This document shows positions 29,065 to 38,206 of a stretch of DNA of 64,000 nt, piece by piece (within the stretch, counting starts at the first letter, position 1; every line of letters begins with the position of its first letter). The notes beneath the pieces were generated by a model, which made no database searches, had not been told where the DNA came from, and saw only the letters and a program-made list of their open reading frames with translations. The stretch spans positions 64,001 through 128,000 of the IMG/VR virus record IMGVR_UViG_3300042402_001868; one strand, 5' to 3'. The position numbers and the translations under genes are program-made. This DNA comes from a virus.

Positions 29065-29790
29065 CTATTTTAGTTCCACATCGGTTAAATCAGGAATCAG
29101 TTCGCCTTTTTGCATCTGAGTTTGGTCGCTATAGCTATTTGATGAACGTTTTCCAACATGGATTTGAACAAGGTCTCTGCTTTGAAACTCTGGATACTTG
29201 TTCCAGTAACTGGTAACATGAATTTGATTTGTATCAAACAACACCGCATCACCTGCTTTGTAGGTAAAGATACCCTCTAGCTCAAGCCAATCGCAATAAT
29301 TTCTAGTGAGATCGCGCCAGTCGGCACAATGGTCCAGGTCTTCAATTTCAGATATGTTTGAAATTTTTGGACCTTTTAACTTTTGTTCCATGTATGGCTC
29401 GATATCTTGGCACGAATTAAAAAGCTCTTTGAAAATAATTGCTTTAAACTTTGGTTGGTCATCTAATGCAAAAATTATAGTATAAGTCAGGTCAAATCGA
29501 TCCTTGCCAAACTCGTCCACATGAAGAGAATGGGAAGTGACTTGCCGTTGATAGTTTCCCCAAAAATAGTTCTCGTTAGGAAAATGCGTCTTGACAATTT
29601 TTTCTAAAATAGAGTAGGCTGGCGTATTCTCTTTGATCAGCAATCTACGATCAATGTGATCATGCACACCTATACCTGGATGTACTCCCTCAGGTTTGCC
29701 ATTGACATAGGCATGTTGATGATTGTCAATCCAGTATTTTTTAAATACCTGAATGTCTTCGGGGCTCAGTATATTTTCTAATAGTTTCAT
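29065..29790 (-). CDS. Putative 2OG-Fe(II) oxygenase-like protein
   Basis: HVD..GDAVLFD..IH..R pattern. Confidence 0.55.
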   Translation of the reverse strand: MKLLENILSPEDIQVFKKYWIDNHQHAYVNGKPEGVHPGIGVHDHIDRRLLIKENTPAYSILEKIVKTHFPNENYFWGNYQRQVTSHSLHVDEFGKDRFDLTYTIIFALDDQPKFKAIIFKELFNSCQDIEPYMEQKLKGPKISNISEIEDLDHCADWRDLTRNYCDWLELEGIFTYKAGDAVLFDTNQIHVTSYWNKYPEFQSRDLVQIHVGKRSSNSYSDQTQMQKGELIPDLTDVELK

Positions 29791-30056
29791 AGTTGCAATC
29801 CTTTATTTTTTTTGTTTGTGTTTGCAATTCGATGAAGATAGTCATTTCCGACATGACCCTCTTCAATTTCTAATATAGCGGTAACCATTGCACCATACTT
29901 GGTAACAATCTTTGGGGCATGCCCACGACGCAGTTCTCTTGCTCGTTGCGCGGCAACCAGTACCAAATCATATCTGTTACCTAATGCCTCTACTGCATAT
30001 TCGCTTGTAAGGCCAGCGGTTCTACCACTTACGTCATGTTTAATTTTCATCTTCAT
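29787..30056 (-). CDS. rpoZ: RNA polymerase omega subunit homolog
   Basis: AVEALGNRYDLVLVAAQRAREL..TAILEIEEG matches the omega core. Confidence 0.88.
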   Translation of the reverse strand: MKMKIKHDVSGRTAGLTSEYAVEALGNRYDLVLVAAQRARELRRGHAPKIVTKYGAMVTAILEIEEGHVGNDYLHRIANTNKKNKGLQL

Positions 30057-30351
30057 CTTTCGTTGTCAAACCATTTGAATGTTTATCTGTGACTTGTTCT
30101 AAGTCTTGAAACAAACGCTTTTCTTGCGCTGTGAGTCGATCCTTGTGAGTCTTGCGTGGGTTACCACACAAGTAACAGCCAGGGTTTCCACAATCCATCA
30201 CATGATGTTTGGCAGTACGATGAGGTTGTTTCATCACCTGATCATGAAACCCTAAACCATGTGTTTTGGCAATTTTTACTTGCCTAGCAATCTTGACATC
30301 AGTTTTGTGCCGACGTCGTGAATTCATAAATTTGGCTAATTCGTTACTCAC
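30040..30351 (-). CDS. Hypothetical protein with Cys motif CGNPGCYLC
   Basis: GTG start after GAGG; possible Zn site. Confidence 0.7.
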   Translation of the reverse strand: MSNELAKFMNSRRRHKTDVKIARQVKIAKTHGLGFHDQVMKQPHRTAKHHVMDCGNPGCYLCGNPRKTHKDRLTAQEKRLFQDLEQVTDKHSNGLTTKDEDEN

Positions 30352-30369
30352 ATTGTTCCTCTCTTGACT

Positions 30370-30398
30370 ATTATATAACAATACAACATTGTTGTCAA
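30370..30398 (-). promoter_or_regulatory. sigma70 consensus promoter
   Basis: TTGACA-N17-TATAAT. Confidence 0.8.
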
Positions 30399-31171
30399 CT
30401 TGCTAATGCTCGATCTGTACGTGTCATATCAGCACAGGTATAAGTTTGGTAACTTTGCTTTAGGTGTTCAGGCATGGGAATCTCTTCAATTGGTACTCCA
30501 AACCGTTCTGCAACTTCATAGAAGCTGTGTGTTTTACCTGTGCCTACATTAAACACACCTGACTGTTTGATATTTAAGAAAGCTAAATGTGTGTTGATAA
30601 CTTGGCTCACGGGCACAAAATCTCTGCGGTATTCTCTACTGCCTTCAAACACACGTATGCGTCCTGTTTCCCTGGCTTGTTTTTCAAACTGATGATATGG
30701 ACTAGCCTGCCCACCTTTGTGATCTTCGCCGGAACCATACACATTAAAATACCGAAATCCTTGTATGCGATCACCGTTATGGTCAGCAAACTCTTGACGC
30801 TTGAGAGCATAGCGTTCAAACATGTATTTTGACCAAGCATAAGGTGTTCGCGGATCCACAGGCGAGTCTTCGCGGAACTCTTGGTTTAATCCATACACGC
30901 TAGCACTGCTGGAATACTGAAAGTGTGTGCCAGTGTTCATGCAACGATCCAACAGTCGACAACTGAAGTCATAGTTTTGTCGCATGACTTTGTCTACATC
31001 ACGTTCGGTGGTGCTAGATATGCCACCAATGTGAATACACACATCTCGATCTCTAGTATCTAGATTGTCTTCATCTTCGCCCCAGTCATATGTTCTAACA
31101 TCATGCCCTGCTAGGGCTTTGAGCATGTTGGAACCGATAAAGCCCCTGTGGCCTGTAAGTAAAATTCTCAT
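30395..31171 (-). CDS. hldD: ADP-L-glycero-D-manno-heptose 6-epimerase-like
   Basis: TGHRGFIGSN, SSTTE, YAWSK, RYFNVYG..EDHKG..AS and RDFV. Confidence 0.85.
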   Translation of the reverse strand: MRILLTGHRGFIGSNMLKALAGHDVRTYDWGEDEDNLDTRDRDVCIHIGGISSTTERDVDKVMRQNYDFSCRLLDRCMNTGTHFQYSSSASVYGLNQEFREDSPVDPRTPYAWSKYMFERYALKRQEFADHNGDRIQGFRYFNVYGSGEDHKGGQASPYHQFEKQARETGRIRVFEGSREYRRDFVPVSQVINTHLAFLNIKQSGVFNVGTGKTHSFYEVAERFGVPIEEIPMPEHLKQSYQTYTCADMTRTDRALAS

Positions 31172-31524
31172 TTTTGACTGTCTCCTTTGCCCACACGATA
31201 GTTATCTTCTACTGAATCTGGTGTGCTAACTTCGATGATAGTGCCAGCTTCTATACAAACCAATTGATGTGGCTGCAATGGCCGATTACGCCATGTGGTG
31301 CCCGGTTTAAGTATTGCGTCATGCTGACTAGCATCCGTGGTTTCAATGAATACAACTTGAAACAACCCATCCAACACATACCATGTTTCGTCTTTTTCAG
31401 CATGGAAGTGCATGCTGAATCGAGCACCCTCGTTAAACTTCATAAGTTTGCCACAGTACTTGTCATTGGTAGCCCAGATCAATTCTGAGCCCCACCCTTT
31501 TTCTACAAAGCCTTCTAGTCTCAT
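31168..31524 (-). CDS. Cupin (mannose-6-phosphate isomerase type II-like)
   Basis: KGWGSE, SMHFHAEKDETW, PH and EVST; start at the ATGA overlap. Confidence 0.8.
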   Translation of the reverse strand: MRLEGFVEKGWGSELIWATNDKYCGKLMKFNEGARFSMHFHAEKDETWYVLDGLFQVVFIETTDASQHDAILKPGTTWRNRPLQPHQLVCIEAGTIIEVSTPDSVEDNYRVGKGDSQK

Positions 31525-32279
31525 TTGATTTCCTCTAGTGTAGGAGCATACACACCTATGTGTTGCACAGTAACGGCGCTGGCTCGGATTGCAAATTCTA
31601 TTGCAAGATCCATACTCTGAGATTTTAAATATTCGTAGCACAGGGCCGCAAGAAATGTGTCCCCGGCACCACACACATCTGTCACTGCTATTTCCACAGC
31701 AGGATATGTTCGGTCCTTGTACACAGCACCGTTCCTGCCGTGTGTGACAACAAGATCATCGCATATGGTCTTGGCATCGTTGTATTCTTTATTGTTGATC
31801 TTAACAACACACCCGGCTAGTCTTGCTAGATCAGTTTTCTTTGTATCCACAAATATCGGGCCAGAATATGTTTTGCGTAAATTTTCAATTAACTCGTAAG
31901 TGACATTGCCTTTGTTGTAGTCGCTGATCACAATGGCATTGCATATGGAGAGATCTATACCATCCAATGGGTAAGGCTCGTTGATGTAGTCATTGTCGAT
32001 GCGAACAATCTGTTGCTTACTACGTTCGTCAATCAGTCTTGTTTTTGATCCAGGCTGGCCACTTGCAACAAGTACCTCACATCCAAGTGCCACAAGGTTG
32101 GCTGCTACATTGGCAGCCATGCCGTTGCGACTTTCTTCACGGGTGGGTATAAACACAGGCACAGGTGCTTCGGGACTGATGCGATCAACTACGCCATACT
32201 GGTAGTTGTCCACGCACACATCACCTACTACCAATATCCTGAATGGCTCGGGTGGTTGAGTATGGTTCAATTCTGTCAT
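31521..32279 (-). CDS. Heptose-7-phosphate kinase (RfaE domain I, PfkB family)
   Basis: GDVCVD..RISPEAPVPV, ISDYNKG and DVCGAGDT. Confidence 0.9.
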   Translation of the reverse strand: MTELNHTQPPEPFRILVVGDVCVDNYQYGVVDRISPEAPVPVFIPTREESRNGMAANVAANLVALGCEVLVASGQPGSKTRLIDERSKQQIVRIDNDYINEPYPLDGIDLSICNAIVISDYNKGNVTYELIENLRKTYSGPIFVDTKKTDLARLAGCVVKINNKEYNDAKTICDDLVVTHGRNGAVYKDRTYPAVEIAVTDVCGAGDTFLAALCYEYLKSQSMDLAIEFAIRASAVTVQHIGVYAPTLEEIK

Positions 32280-32616
32280 AAAACACTATTTCTTTACAAT
32301 ACTGATGACCTATAATATGTCGACCTTGATAATCTGATCCTTTGACCATGACAGGGTTGTACAATCTACAGATGTCCTCAAGTTCTTGATCACTGTTAAA
32401 AATCCAAACGCTATCTACACTGCGTAGGCTTTCTAGTATGAGCTTGCGATCATCTTCAGAGTTGATAGGTCTGCCAGAGCCCTTGAGTTCCTTCACACGC
32501 TGGTCGCCATCAATGGCCACAAGCAAAGAATCACCCAGGCTTCGTGCATAATTTAGCAATTGTACATGACCTGGGTGTAAGATGTCAAATGTTCCGTTGA
32601 CAAATATGGTTTTCAT
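32221..32616 (-). CDS. Heptose-1-phosphate adenylyltransferase (RfaE domain II)
   Basis: NGTFDILHPGH, LKGSGRPIN, VKGSDY and STT. Confidence 0.9.
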   Translation of the reverse strand: MKTIFVNGTFDILHPGHVQLLNYARSLGDSLLVAIDGDQRVKELKGSGRPINSEDDRKLILESLRSVDSVWIFNSDQELEDICRLYNPVMVKGSDYQGRHIIGHQYCKEIVFYDRIEPYSTTRAIQDIGSR

Positions 32617-33122
32617 TAACTGTTTAGAACCTTGGCTACACTATTAATTACCGCCGCAATGCGACCAATGTCACGTAATTGCTCTACTGTGTAACCTTCT
32701 TGCTTGAGTGTTTCGTAATGTGCTTTCACACAAAAATGGCACTTGCCCACAATGCTGGCTGCTAACGAGAATGCTTCGAAGTTTGACTTAGTAGTTCCTC
32801 CATGTGATGCGATGGCGTTCATTCGTAACTGTGCTGGCAATCCTTTTAGAGACGGATCTTCGGCCATCTCAACGAATGGATACCATACATTGTTCTGTGC
32901 CATAATGCTTGCGGCTGTCATTGCGCTGTCTGCGTGAACAGGACCATCTGCTAACATAACAGCAAGTACTTTACCGTTACCAGTTGCGGCGAGTGCGGCC
33001 ACAGCACAGCCCATGGCCACATCAGCATCCAATGTACTACGCAAAAGAACTGCGTCAAGATTTAACTTAGTGTCCTTAGCGTAGTCTGGCAACGCTTCTT
33101 TGATAGCGTCGATGAATGCCAT
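32616..33122 (-). CDS. ahpD: Alkyl hydroperoxide reductase D
   Basis: LPDYAKDTKLNL, MAQNNVWY and SIVGKCHFCVKAH. Confidence 0.93.
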   Translation of the reverse strand: MAFIDAIKEALPDYAKDTKLNLDAVLLRSTLDADVAMGCAVAALAATGNGKVLAVMLADGPVHADSAMTAASIMAQNNVWYPFVEMAEDPSLKGLPAQLRMNAIASHGGTTKSNFEAFSLAASIVGKCHFCVKAHYETLKQEGYTVEQLRDIGRIAAVINSVAKVLNS

Positions 33123-33676
33123 TATAGTGTCTCTCCGCCTACTGTACGGTTACAAGCGCAAAGCTCGCCAGTTTGCAATGCGTCAAGAATACGCAATGTT
33201 TCTTCTGGGCTACGACCAACGTTCAAGTTGTTCACAGTAACGTGTTGAATTTCATTGTTTGGATCAATGATAAATGTGGCACGAAGTGCGGCACCTGCTG
33301 GAGCATAGAATACACCAAGTTGTTCGATTAGACTTACACTGCCACGTTCTTCACCTGACTGATGACGAGCAGTGTCAGCAAATTGAATGTGTTTGATCTT
33401 GCTCAAATCTTCGTGACTACGTTGCCATGCCAGTTTGCAAAACTCATTGTCTGTTGAACCTGTTAGCAATACTGCGTCACGGTCAGCAAAGTCTTGGAAC
33501 AACTTGTCATAGGCCACAATTTCTGTGGGGCACACAAATGTAAAGTCCTTGGGATAGTAAACAATTACTTTCCACTTGCCTTCAAATGATTTTTCTGTGA
33601 TGGTAAAGAAATCGTCCTTACCTGGGTTTACGCCTGTTACTGAGAACGGGGTTAATTTATCGCCTACTGTTTTCAT
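33122..33676 (-). CDS. ahpC: 2-Cys peroxiredoxin
   Basis: YPKDFTFVCPTE, RATFIIDP and GRSPEE..ALQTGELC. Confidence 0.96.
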   Translation of the reverse strand: MKTVGDKLTPFSVTGVNPGKDDFFTITEKSFEGKWKVIVYYPKDFTFVCPTEIVAYDKLFQDFADRDAVLLTGSTDNEFCKLAWQRSHEDLSKIKHIQFADTARHQSGEERGSVSLIEQLGVFYAPAGAALRATFIIDPNNEIQHVTVNNLNVGRSPEETLRILDALQTGELCACNRTVGGETL

Positions 33677-33724
33677 ATTTTCTCCTATTAAAAATTAGTA
33701 CATCAGTGTTTGTACTGAGTGTTT

Positions 33725-33810
33725 ATTGTACTAGTATATAGTCTTGTAGTCAAGCGAAAACGTTAAATCTCGCAGAAAATATTTTAATGGTACCAATAGG
33801 AAAAATCAAT
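33725..33810 (-). promoter_or_regulatory. ahpC promoter with candidate OxyR-type site
   Basis: TTGACT-N17-TACAAT (33753-33725); + strand AGAA-N7-TAAT-N7-ATAG-N7-CAAT at 33774-33810. Confidence 0.55.
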
Positions 33811-33812
33811 TG

Positions 33813-33965
33813 TTAACTGGGAATCATTTTGGGAAGGTACGGCACTGCTCTGGGTCCGTAACGTTGTTGCAGAAGAAATCGAGCCGCTTGTGCTGTGTCT
33901 GCACCCACACGGTCTTTGAATTCACGACCGTCGGGTGTGCGTATGGTTGCTTCAAACAGTTTCAT
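33813..33965 (-). CDS. Small hypothetical protein (50 aa)
   Basis: Read directly: MKLFEATIRTPDGREFKDRVGADTAQAARFLLQQRYGPRAVPYLPKMIPS; TTAAATA upstream. Confidence 0.6.
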   Translation of the reverse strand: MKLFEATIRTPDGREFKDRVGADTAQAARFLLQQRYGPRAVPYLPKMIPS

Positions 33966-34477
33966 ACAGTATTTAACAATACTGGAGAATAATATGTGGT
34001 GTCTTCATGTTGATCGCGTTGCATTAGCCATTTGTAGATAGGTGTAGTAAATTCTAAACTGGTCTCTCCTACTGATCCCATATACTCTGATGGCACAACA
34101 ATATCTGGATGTTCAGGATAACAACACTTTCCGTACTCTTCGAGGGCCAATCGAAGATTTAGATTTTCTATCCATGCTCCAGCGATGTGTAGCATGGGAG
34201 ATGCCCAAAGGCCATCTACATCAAATCCCTCAACAATTTTTTCAACTTCAATTTTTAATTTATAATTTCCTGTGTTTTGGTCTAAGAATTCGTGCTCAAT
34301 TTGAACCAGTTGGTCAACTGTATCGTGATACAACACAATATCGTTTAATGTAATCTTGACAACACATGCTTGACTGGATTTTACCCATTCTTTAAAGTCA
34401 ATCATGTGACCGGTATTTAGATGGATGTTTAACTTGGCCTTGTTAACATGATTGATTTTTCCTGGCATACTAAACAT
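33962..34477 (-). CDS. Hypothetical protein
   Basis: 171-aa ORF. Confidence 0.65.
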   Translation of the reverse strand: MFSMPGKINHVNKAKLNIHLNTGHMIDFKEWVKSSQACVVKITLNDIVLYHDTVDQLVQIEHEFLDQNTGNYKLKIEVEKIVEGFDVDGLWASPMLHIAGAWIENLNLRLALEEYGKCCYPEHPDIVVPSEYMGSVGETSLEFTTPIYKWLMQRDQHEDTTYYSPVLLNTV

Positions 34478-35525
34478 AATTTTCTACTTCGCCTTCTCTG
34501 TAGATGTCATTGGTAATACAATGGATACCACCGTCCCAGAAAAATCTATGACGAAAAGGGGTAACAATTGGTTCAATATGCTGTTGTTTAAAAAACTCAA
34601 ACATATCCTTATTGTAGTTATTGACTAATACTGTGTGCTCGTTAATTTGTAACATGTTAACATCAAACACAGTTTCGGCAACAAAGCCTAACCAGTGCCC
34701 AAGCCAGGTCTCGACAAAATTGTTAAATTCACTGTTGTCTTGGCTATCCGGAATCCACCAACGACCTTTGTTGCTGTGTTTGAGCTGCCTCCATGCAGGT
34801 ATTGCATTCCAGCTTTGATTCTCAATGTATTTCACTTGCCATCCTGGCAATGTGTCAGTGTAGTTGTTGTGATGATATGTGCTCACAACAACCCCTGGTT
34901 TGACCAAACTAAACACCGCATCATTATGCCCACCAATGAACACTGGCACAATCGTATGATTTGGAAACTGTTGTTTAAAATACTGGTATAGCCACGGATC
35001 TTCCCTGCAGTCAAGTATAATGCAATCACCAACCACTGTGGCCATTGGCGCATCGAACTCTGTTGGGGAAATTATAAGACTGTCGGGAGCCAGCTGATCA
35101 ACCAATGGCTTGAACCATTTAGAATCAGTATTGGTTAACATGAGATTGCTGCCAACAATAAGTTGACAATCTCTAGGCTGCATTGGCGGTTTTGGAATCA
35201 ATGTATAACTGCCCGAAGATTGGTACGTTAACCTTCCTGAGTTTGGATCAATAAAATCCATAATGGTTAGTGTAGTATCAATGACAGGACGCTGAACATG
35301 TACCCCTAACTTACTCAACGTATCGACAAGATTGGAATAATCTTCTTCTGTTTCTCGTGCAATCTTTTGCAGGCTGTCTCTGACCTTGCTGTTTTTTACT
35401 GGTTCGTAAAACTCGGGCAAATAACTAGATCCGACCCAGGTATGCTTCAAGTCATGCCAAGGCGCATTGAATTTAACCTGGCGAGTTGAATAAGTAGTCA
35501 AGGCTGTTTCCATGTGCTTTATCAA
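34470..35525 (-). CDS. Second amidinotransferase (pentein family)
   Basis: PRD, GHND, GFVAETVFDVN shared with 9047-10072, and WDGGIHCIT. Confidence 0.85.
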   Translation of the reverse strand: MIKHMETALTTYSTRQVKFNAPWHDLKHTWVGSSYLPEFYEPVKNSKVRDSLQKIARETEEDYSNLVDTLSKLGVHVQRPVIDTTLTIMDFIDPNSGRLTYQSSGSYTLIPKPPMQPRDCQLIVGSNLMLTNTDSKWFKPLVDQLAPDSLIISPTEFDAPMATVVGDCIILDCREDPWLYQYFKQQFPNHTIVPVFIGGHNDAVFSLVKPGVVVSTYHHNNYTDTLPGWQVKYIENQSWNAIPAWRQLKHSNKGRWWIPDSQDNSEFNNFVETWLGHWLGFVAETVFDVNMLQINEHTVLVNNYNKDMFEFFKQQHIEPIVTPFRHRFFWDGGIHCITNDIYREGEVENYV

Positions 35526-36630
35526 ATTCTAATCGACTTAAGAATGGCAAATTTTTTGTGCGTATCACAGTGCTGTCGCTTAATTTAAATATCCACCTGT
35601 TATCAAGTAGCCGAACCTTCTTGGCGGTATATGTTGCAAACTGCCCGCTGTTCTGTTTTCCTACGTTGGTATAGTAGTTTTCATTCTGATCAAATTGATA
35701 GATATATTCTTTAAGAAACTGCTTGTACCCTAAGTATCCGCGACCGGCATCAAGTATTAGATCATTGTTATAGTATATGTAGTTTTCAAATTCATCACAC
35801 TCAAAAAATCCACTCACACACTGTTGTGTATAGGATGATTGATTCATAAGGAAAGAATTATCGCCGATTGCATATATCTGGCTTTTTGCCAAACTGTAAT
35901 AACACCATCTAGCTTCTAGAAGCGTATTAATTGTACGACCTGACAGAGCAAAATATTTTTCTGAAAAATCAATAAATTTTTGATCTTGATTAACTTTGTA
36001 AAAATAATCCTTCCAGGGCTGGTACAGTGCATCTATCCCAATCTTGGTAACAAAGCTCTCGTCAAGGCTTGCAGTAAATTCATCCCCGCCATGACCGGTA
36101 ACAAAGTGTCCGTCAAAATGAGTTTGCAAATATACATCTCCGCTGATGTTTAGCAATTCAACCTGCGGATATTGTTTTTGTAGCAGTTCAAAGAACTCTT
36201 GATTTTCGTAGACACTATGTGGAGAATATAAAATTCTCAACCGATTAAAATTAGGAGTATGCCTTAAGAATGCAATAACAAGACTAGTGCTATCGTGCCC
36301 ACCGCTCCAGCACAAATTTAACAATTGATCAAGTTGTAAATAGTGGTCAACACGATTCTTCATAACTTGTTCAAAGGATAAACATGTGACTGGAATTTTC
36401 CAAGGTCTTTGTACTTCAAATTTAAACGGACTTGTTACAGTCTGTGTGCGATCAACAATGTCACCAAACGGAGAATTAGAAAATATTGCGTTGATATCTA
36501 ATAGATAATTGTAATCATTGAATCCATTGATTTTATGTAAGAGGCCCACTGGAGAATACGCGATATTTCGCCATTCTAAAATTTTTCCAATGTACTCAGA
36601 ATTTATTGCTGACAGTAGAGGTAATGACAT
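35473..36630 (-). CDS. PP-loop (asparagine-synthetase-like) protein
   Basis: WSGGHDST and VTGHGGDE. Confidence 0.65.
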   Translation of the reverse strand: MSLPLLSAINSEYIGKILEWRNIAYSPVGLLHKINGFNDYNYLLDINAIFSNSPFGDIVDRTQTVTSPFKFEVQRPWKIPVTCLSFEQVMKNRVDHYLQLDQLLNLCWSGGHDSTSLVIAFLRHTPNFNRLRILYSPHSVYENQEFFELLQKQYPQVELLNISGDVYLQTHFDGHFVTGHGGDEFTASLDESFVTKIGIDALYQPWKDYFYKVNQDQKFIDFSEKYFALSGRTINTLLEARWCYYSLAKSQIYAIGDNSFLMNQSSYTQQCVSGFFECDEFENYIYYNNDLILDAGRGYLGYKQFLKEYIYQFDQNENYYTNVGKQNSGQFATYTAKKVRLLDNRWIFKLSDSTVIRTKNLPFLSRLEFDKAHGNSLDYLFNSPG

Positions 36631-36905
36631 TAAGAATCACGGTCAGTGACGCACATGATTTCTCTAAGCAGTTGAAGACTGCAATTAAAATCAGTTACGT
36701 CGGTTGTTTCAAATGATCGTATTTTTGATAAAAGTTGTGATTCAAGCTGTGAAAGTTGAGATAACATGCGTAGCCTTCTTTTGACAATCATAGGGTCTGT
36801 TGCATAGTCCACTAATTCAGACAGCAATTTATTCCTGTGATCATTGGCTAGCTCAATAAGTTTTTTTGTTGTTTTTATTTTATAGTAGTTGACATGCTCA
36901 GTCAT
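36630..36905 (-). CDS. Hypothetical protein
   Basis: TAATG-coupled ORF. Confidence 0.6.
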   Translation of the reverse strand: MTEHVNYYKIKTTKKLIELANDHRNKLLSELVDYATDPMIVKRRLRMLSQLSQLESQLLSKIRSFETTDVTDFNCSLQLLREIMCVTDRDS

Positions 36906-37138
36906 TAGACAGGATCAACACTTGCACTTGAGCAACCAATATTTAGAGTGAAATCAATCCACTCTTCGGCATTTGCTAATTCTGGCCATGAACGTATACA
37001 TACCTGGCGGGTTCCTTCGTCAGTTTCAGTTAAAGTTGTTTCAATTCCTCTAGCTGCCAGTTCATCAAGTTTTTCATGACATAAAGTTGACTGCTCTGGT
37101 GTTATCGGTGGTTGCCAAATTACGGTTGTATAACGCAT
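36905..37138 (-). CDS. Hypothetical protein
   Basis: AGGAG RBS; CATAAATA upstream. Confidence 0.7.
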   Translation of the reverse strand: MRYTTVIWQPPITPEQSTLCHEKLDELAARGIETTLTETDEGTRQVCIRSWPELANAEEWIDFTLNIGCSSASVDPV

Positions 37139-37190
37139 TATAAGTTCTCCTAATATTGTTATTTATGATAATATGCTTTTAGCATCTATA

Positions 37191-37661
37191 TTATGCTGCT
37201 TTTAGGCTTTTAAATCTGTCGGCAGCATAACTAGCCGCAAACGCATTAGGTTTGACAAAAGGCATGACATTGCAAGTGCCTTTGATATAGCCGATAGCTT
37301 GTGAAATAACACAGCTAGATCCATGCATCTCGTCGGGGCTGATATCCAAATGAACTTCAACATTGCGACCTTCCAGCACCTCGGCTAGTTTAAGATACAG
37401 TTCACTGACTTTGTATACTTCGGTCATGAGTCGCATGGCAGGCTTGGATTCTTTTTGATCATACACACGTTCGCGATGCACCTCACCAAACAGTTTACAT
37501 CCATTGTTACCGTTGATGTGTATCACAATGGCCAACACATAGTCAGCATGCCATACATTGTCGATTCTGATTCGTTCACTGTCGCAGCCAAGATAGATTT
37601 TGGTATCAGGTCCCTGGGCTTCAATAAACTGCTTGACCTTGTTTAGATCCAGTTTTTTCAT
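37191..37661 (-). CDS. RNase H-like YkuK/DUF458 family protein
   Basis: IYLGCDS, RLMTEV, EVHLDI and KPNAFAASYAAD. Confidence 0.8.
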   Translation of the reverse strand: MKKLDLNKVKQFIEAQGPDTKIYLGCDSERIRIDNVWHADYVLAIVIHINGNNGCKLFGEVHRERVYDQKESKPAMRLMTEVYKVSELYLKLAEVLEGRNVEVHLDISPDEMHGSSCVISQAIGYIKGTCNVMPFVKPNAFAASYAADRFKSLKAA

Positions 37662-37716
37662 ACGTTACTTTCTATGGGTATTTATTGAAGCTAAGATTAC
37701 AGTTGTGTTAAAAAAA

Positions 37717-37897
37717 TGCAAACAAACCGGTTTCGCTAGGGCGTGTGGCTGTCGAACACGATTGGGCTCAATGAGCCGTCGTATAAGTTTGAACCGGCAA
37801 CAGTTATGGGCCTCTCACCCACACACCTGATCCGCTAGATGTACATCACTGCACAGAGCCAGCCGGGGGATTGCCCCTACACGTTTTTTTGTTTGCA
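37717..37897 (-). ncRNA. Unknown structured RNA candidate A (~180 nt)
   Basis: 10-bp terminal stem, nested internal stems, GNRA loops and a following U-tract. Confidence 0.5.
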
Positions 37898-37901
37898 AAA
37901 T

Positions 37902-37986
37902 TGGTGCCCAGGGTCGGACTCGAACCGACACATATTTCTACGCCAGAACCTAAATCTGGTGCGTCTACCAATTTCGCCACCTGGGC
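37902..37986 (-). tRNA. tRNA-Leu(UAG)
   Basis: Cloverleaf; CCAGA-TTTAGGT-TCTGG; long variable arm; CCA encoded. Confidence 0.95.
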
Positions 37987-38030
37987 TTAACTACTATAAT
38001 AACATACAACGTCTATAGTGTCAATCAATT

Positions 38031-38106
38031 TGGTACCAGGAGACGGAATTGAACCGCCCACGCACAGATTTTCAGTCTGTCGCTCTACCAACTGAGCTAT
38101 CCTGGT
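38031..38106 (-). tRNA. tRNA-Phe(GAA)
   Basis: ACAGA-CTGAAAA-TCTGT; CCA. Confidence 0.95.
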
Positions 38107-38108
38107 AT

Positions 38109-38200
38109 TGGCGGAAGACGGAGGAGTCGAACCCCATCCCTGTTAAGAGAACCTGGTTTTCAAGGCCAGTCGCGGGACCAACCCCACTGCATCATCTTCC
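38109..38200 (-). tRNA. tRNA-Ser(UGA), atypical 8/4 fold
   Basis: Loop CTTGAAA; 8-bp acceptor, 4-bp T stem, long variable arm; GCCA end. Confidence 0.85.
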
Positions 38201-38206
38201 TAATTG

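Noticed and set aside
33813-33965. ncRNA upstream of ahpC (GC-rich, hairpin-like)
   Set aside because: Better explained as a coupled 50-aa ORF.
25045-36630. Calling either PP-loop protein QueC
   Set aside because: Both lack the QueC C-terminal Zn-binding Cys motif and are much longer.
38109-38200. Selenocysteine or opal-suppressor tRNA
   Set aside because: The anticodon reads UGA (decodes Ser UCA), not UCA; no selA/selB/selD in the window.
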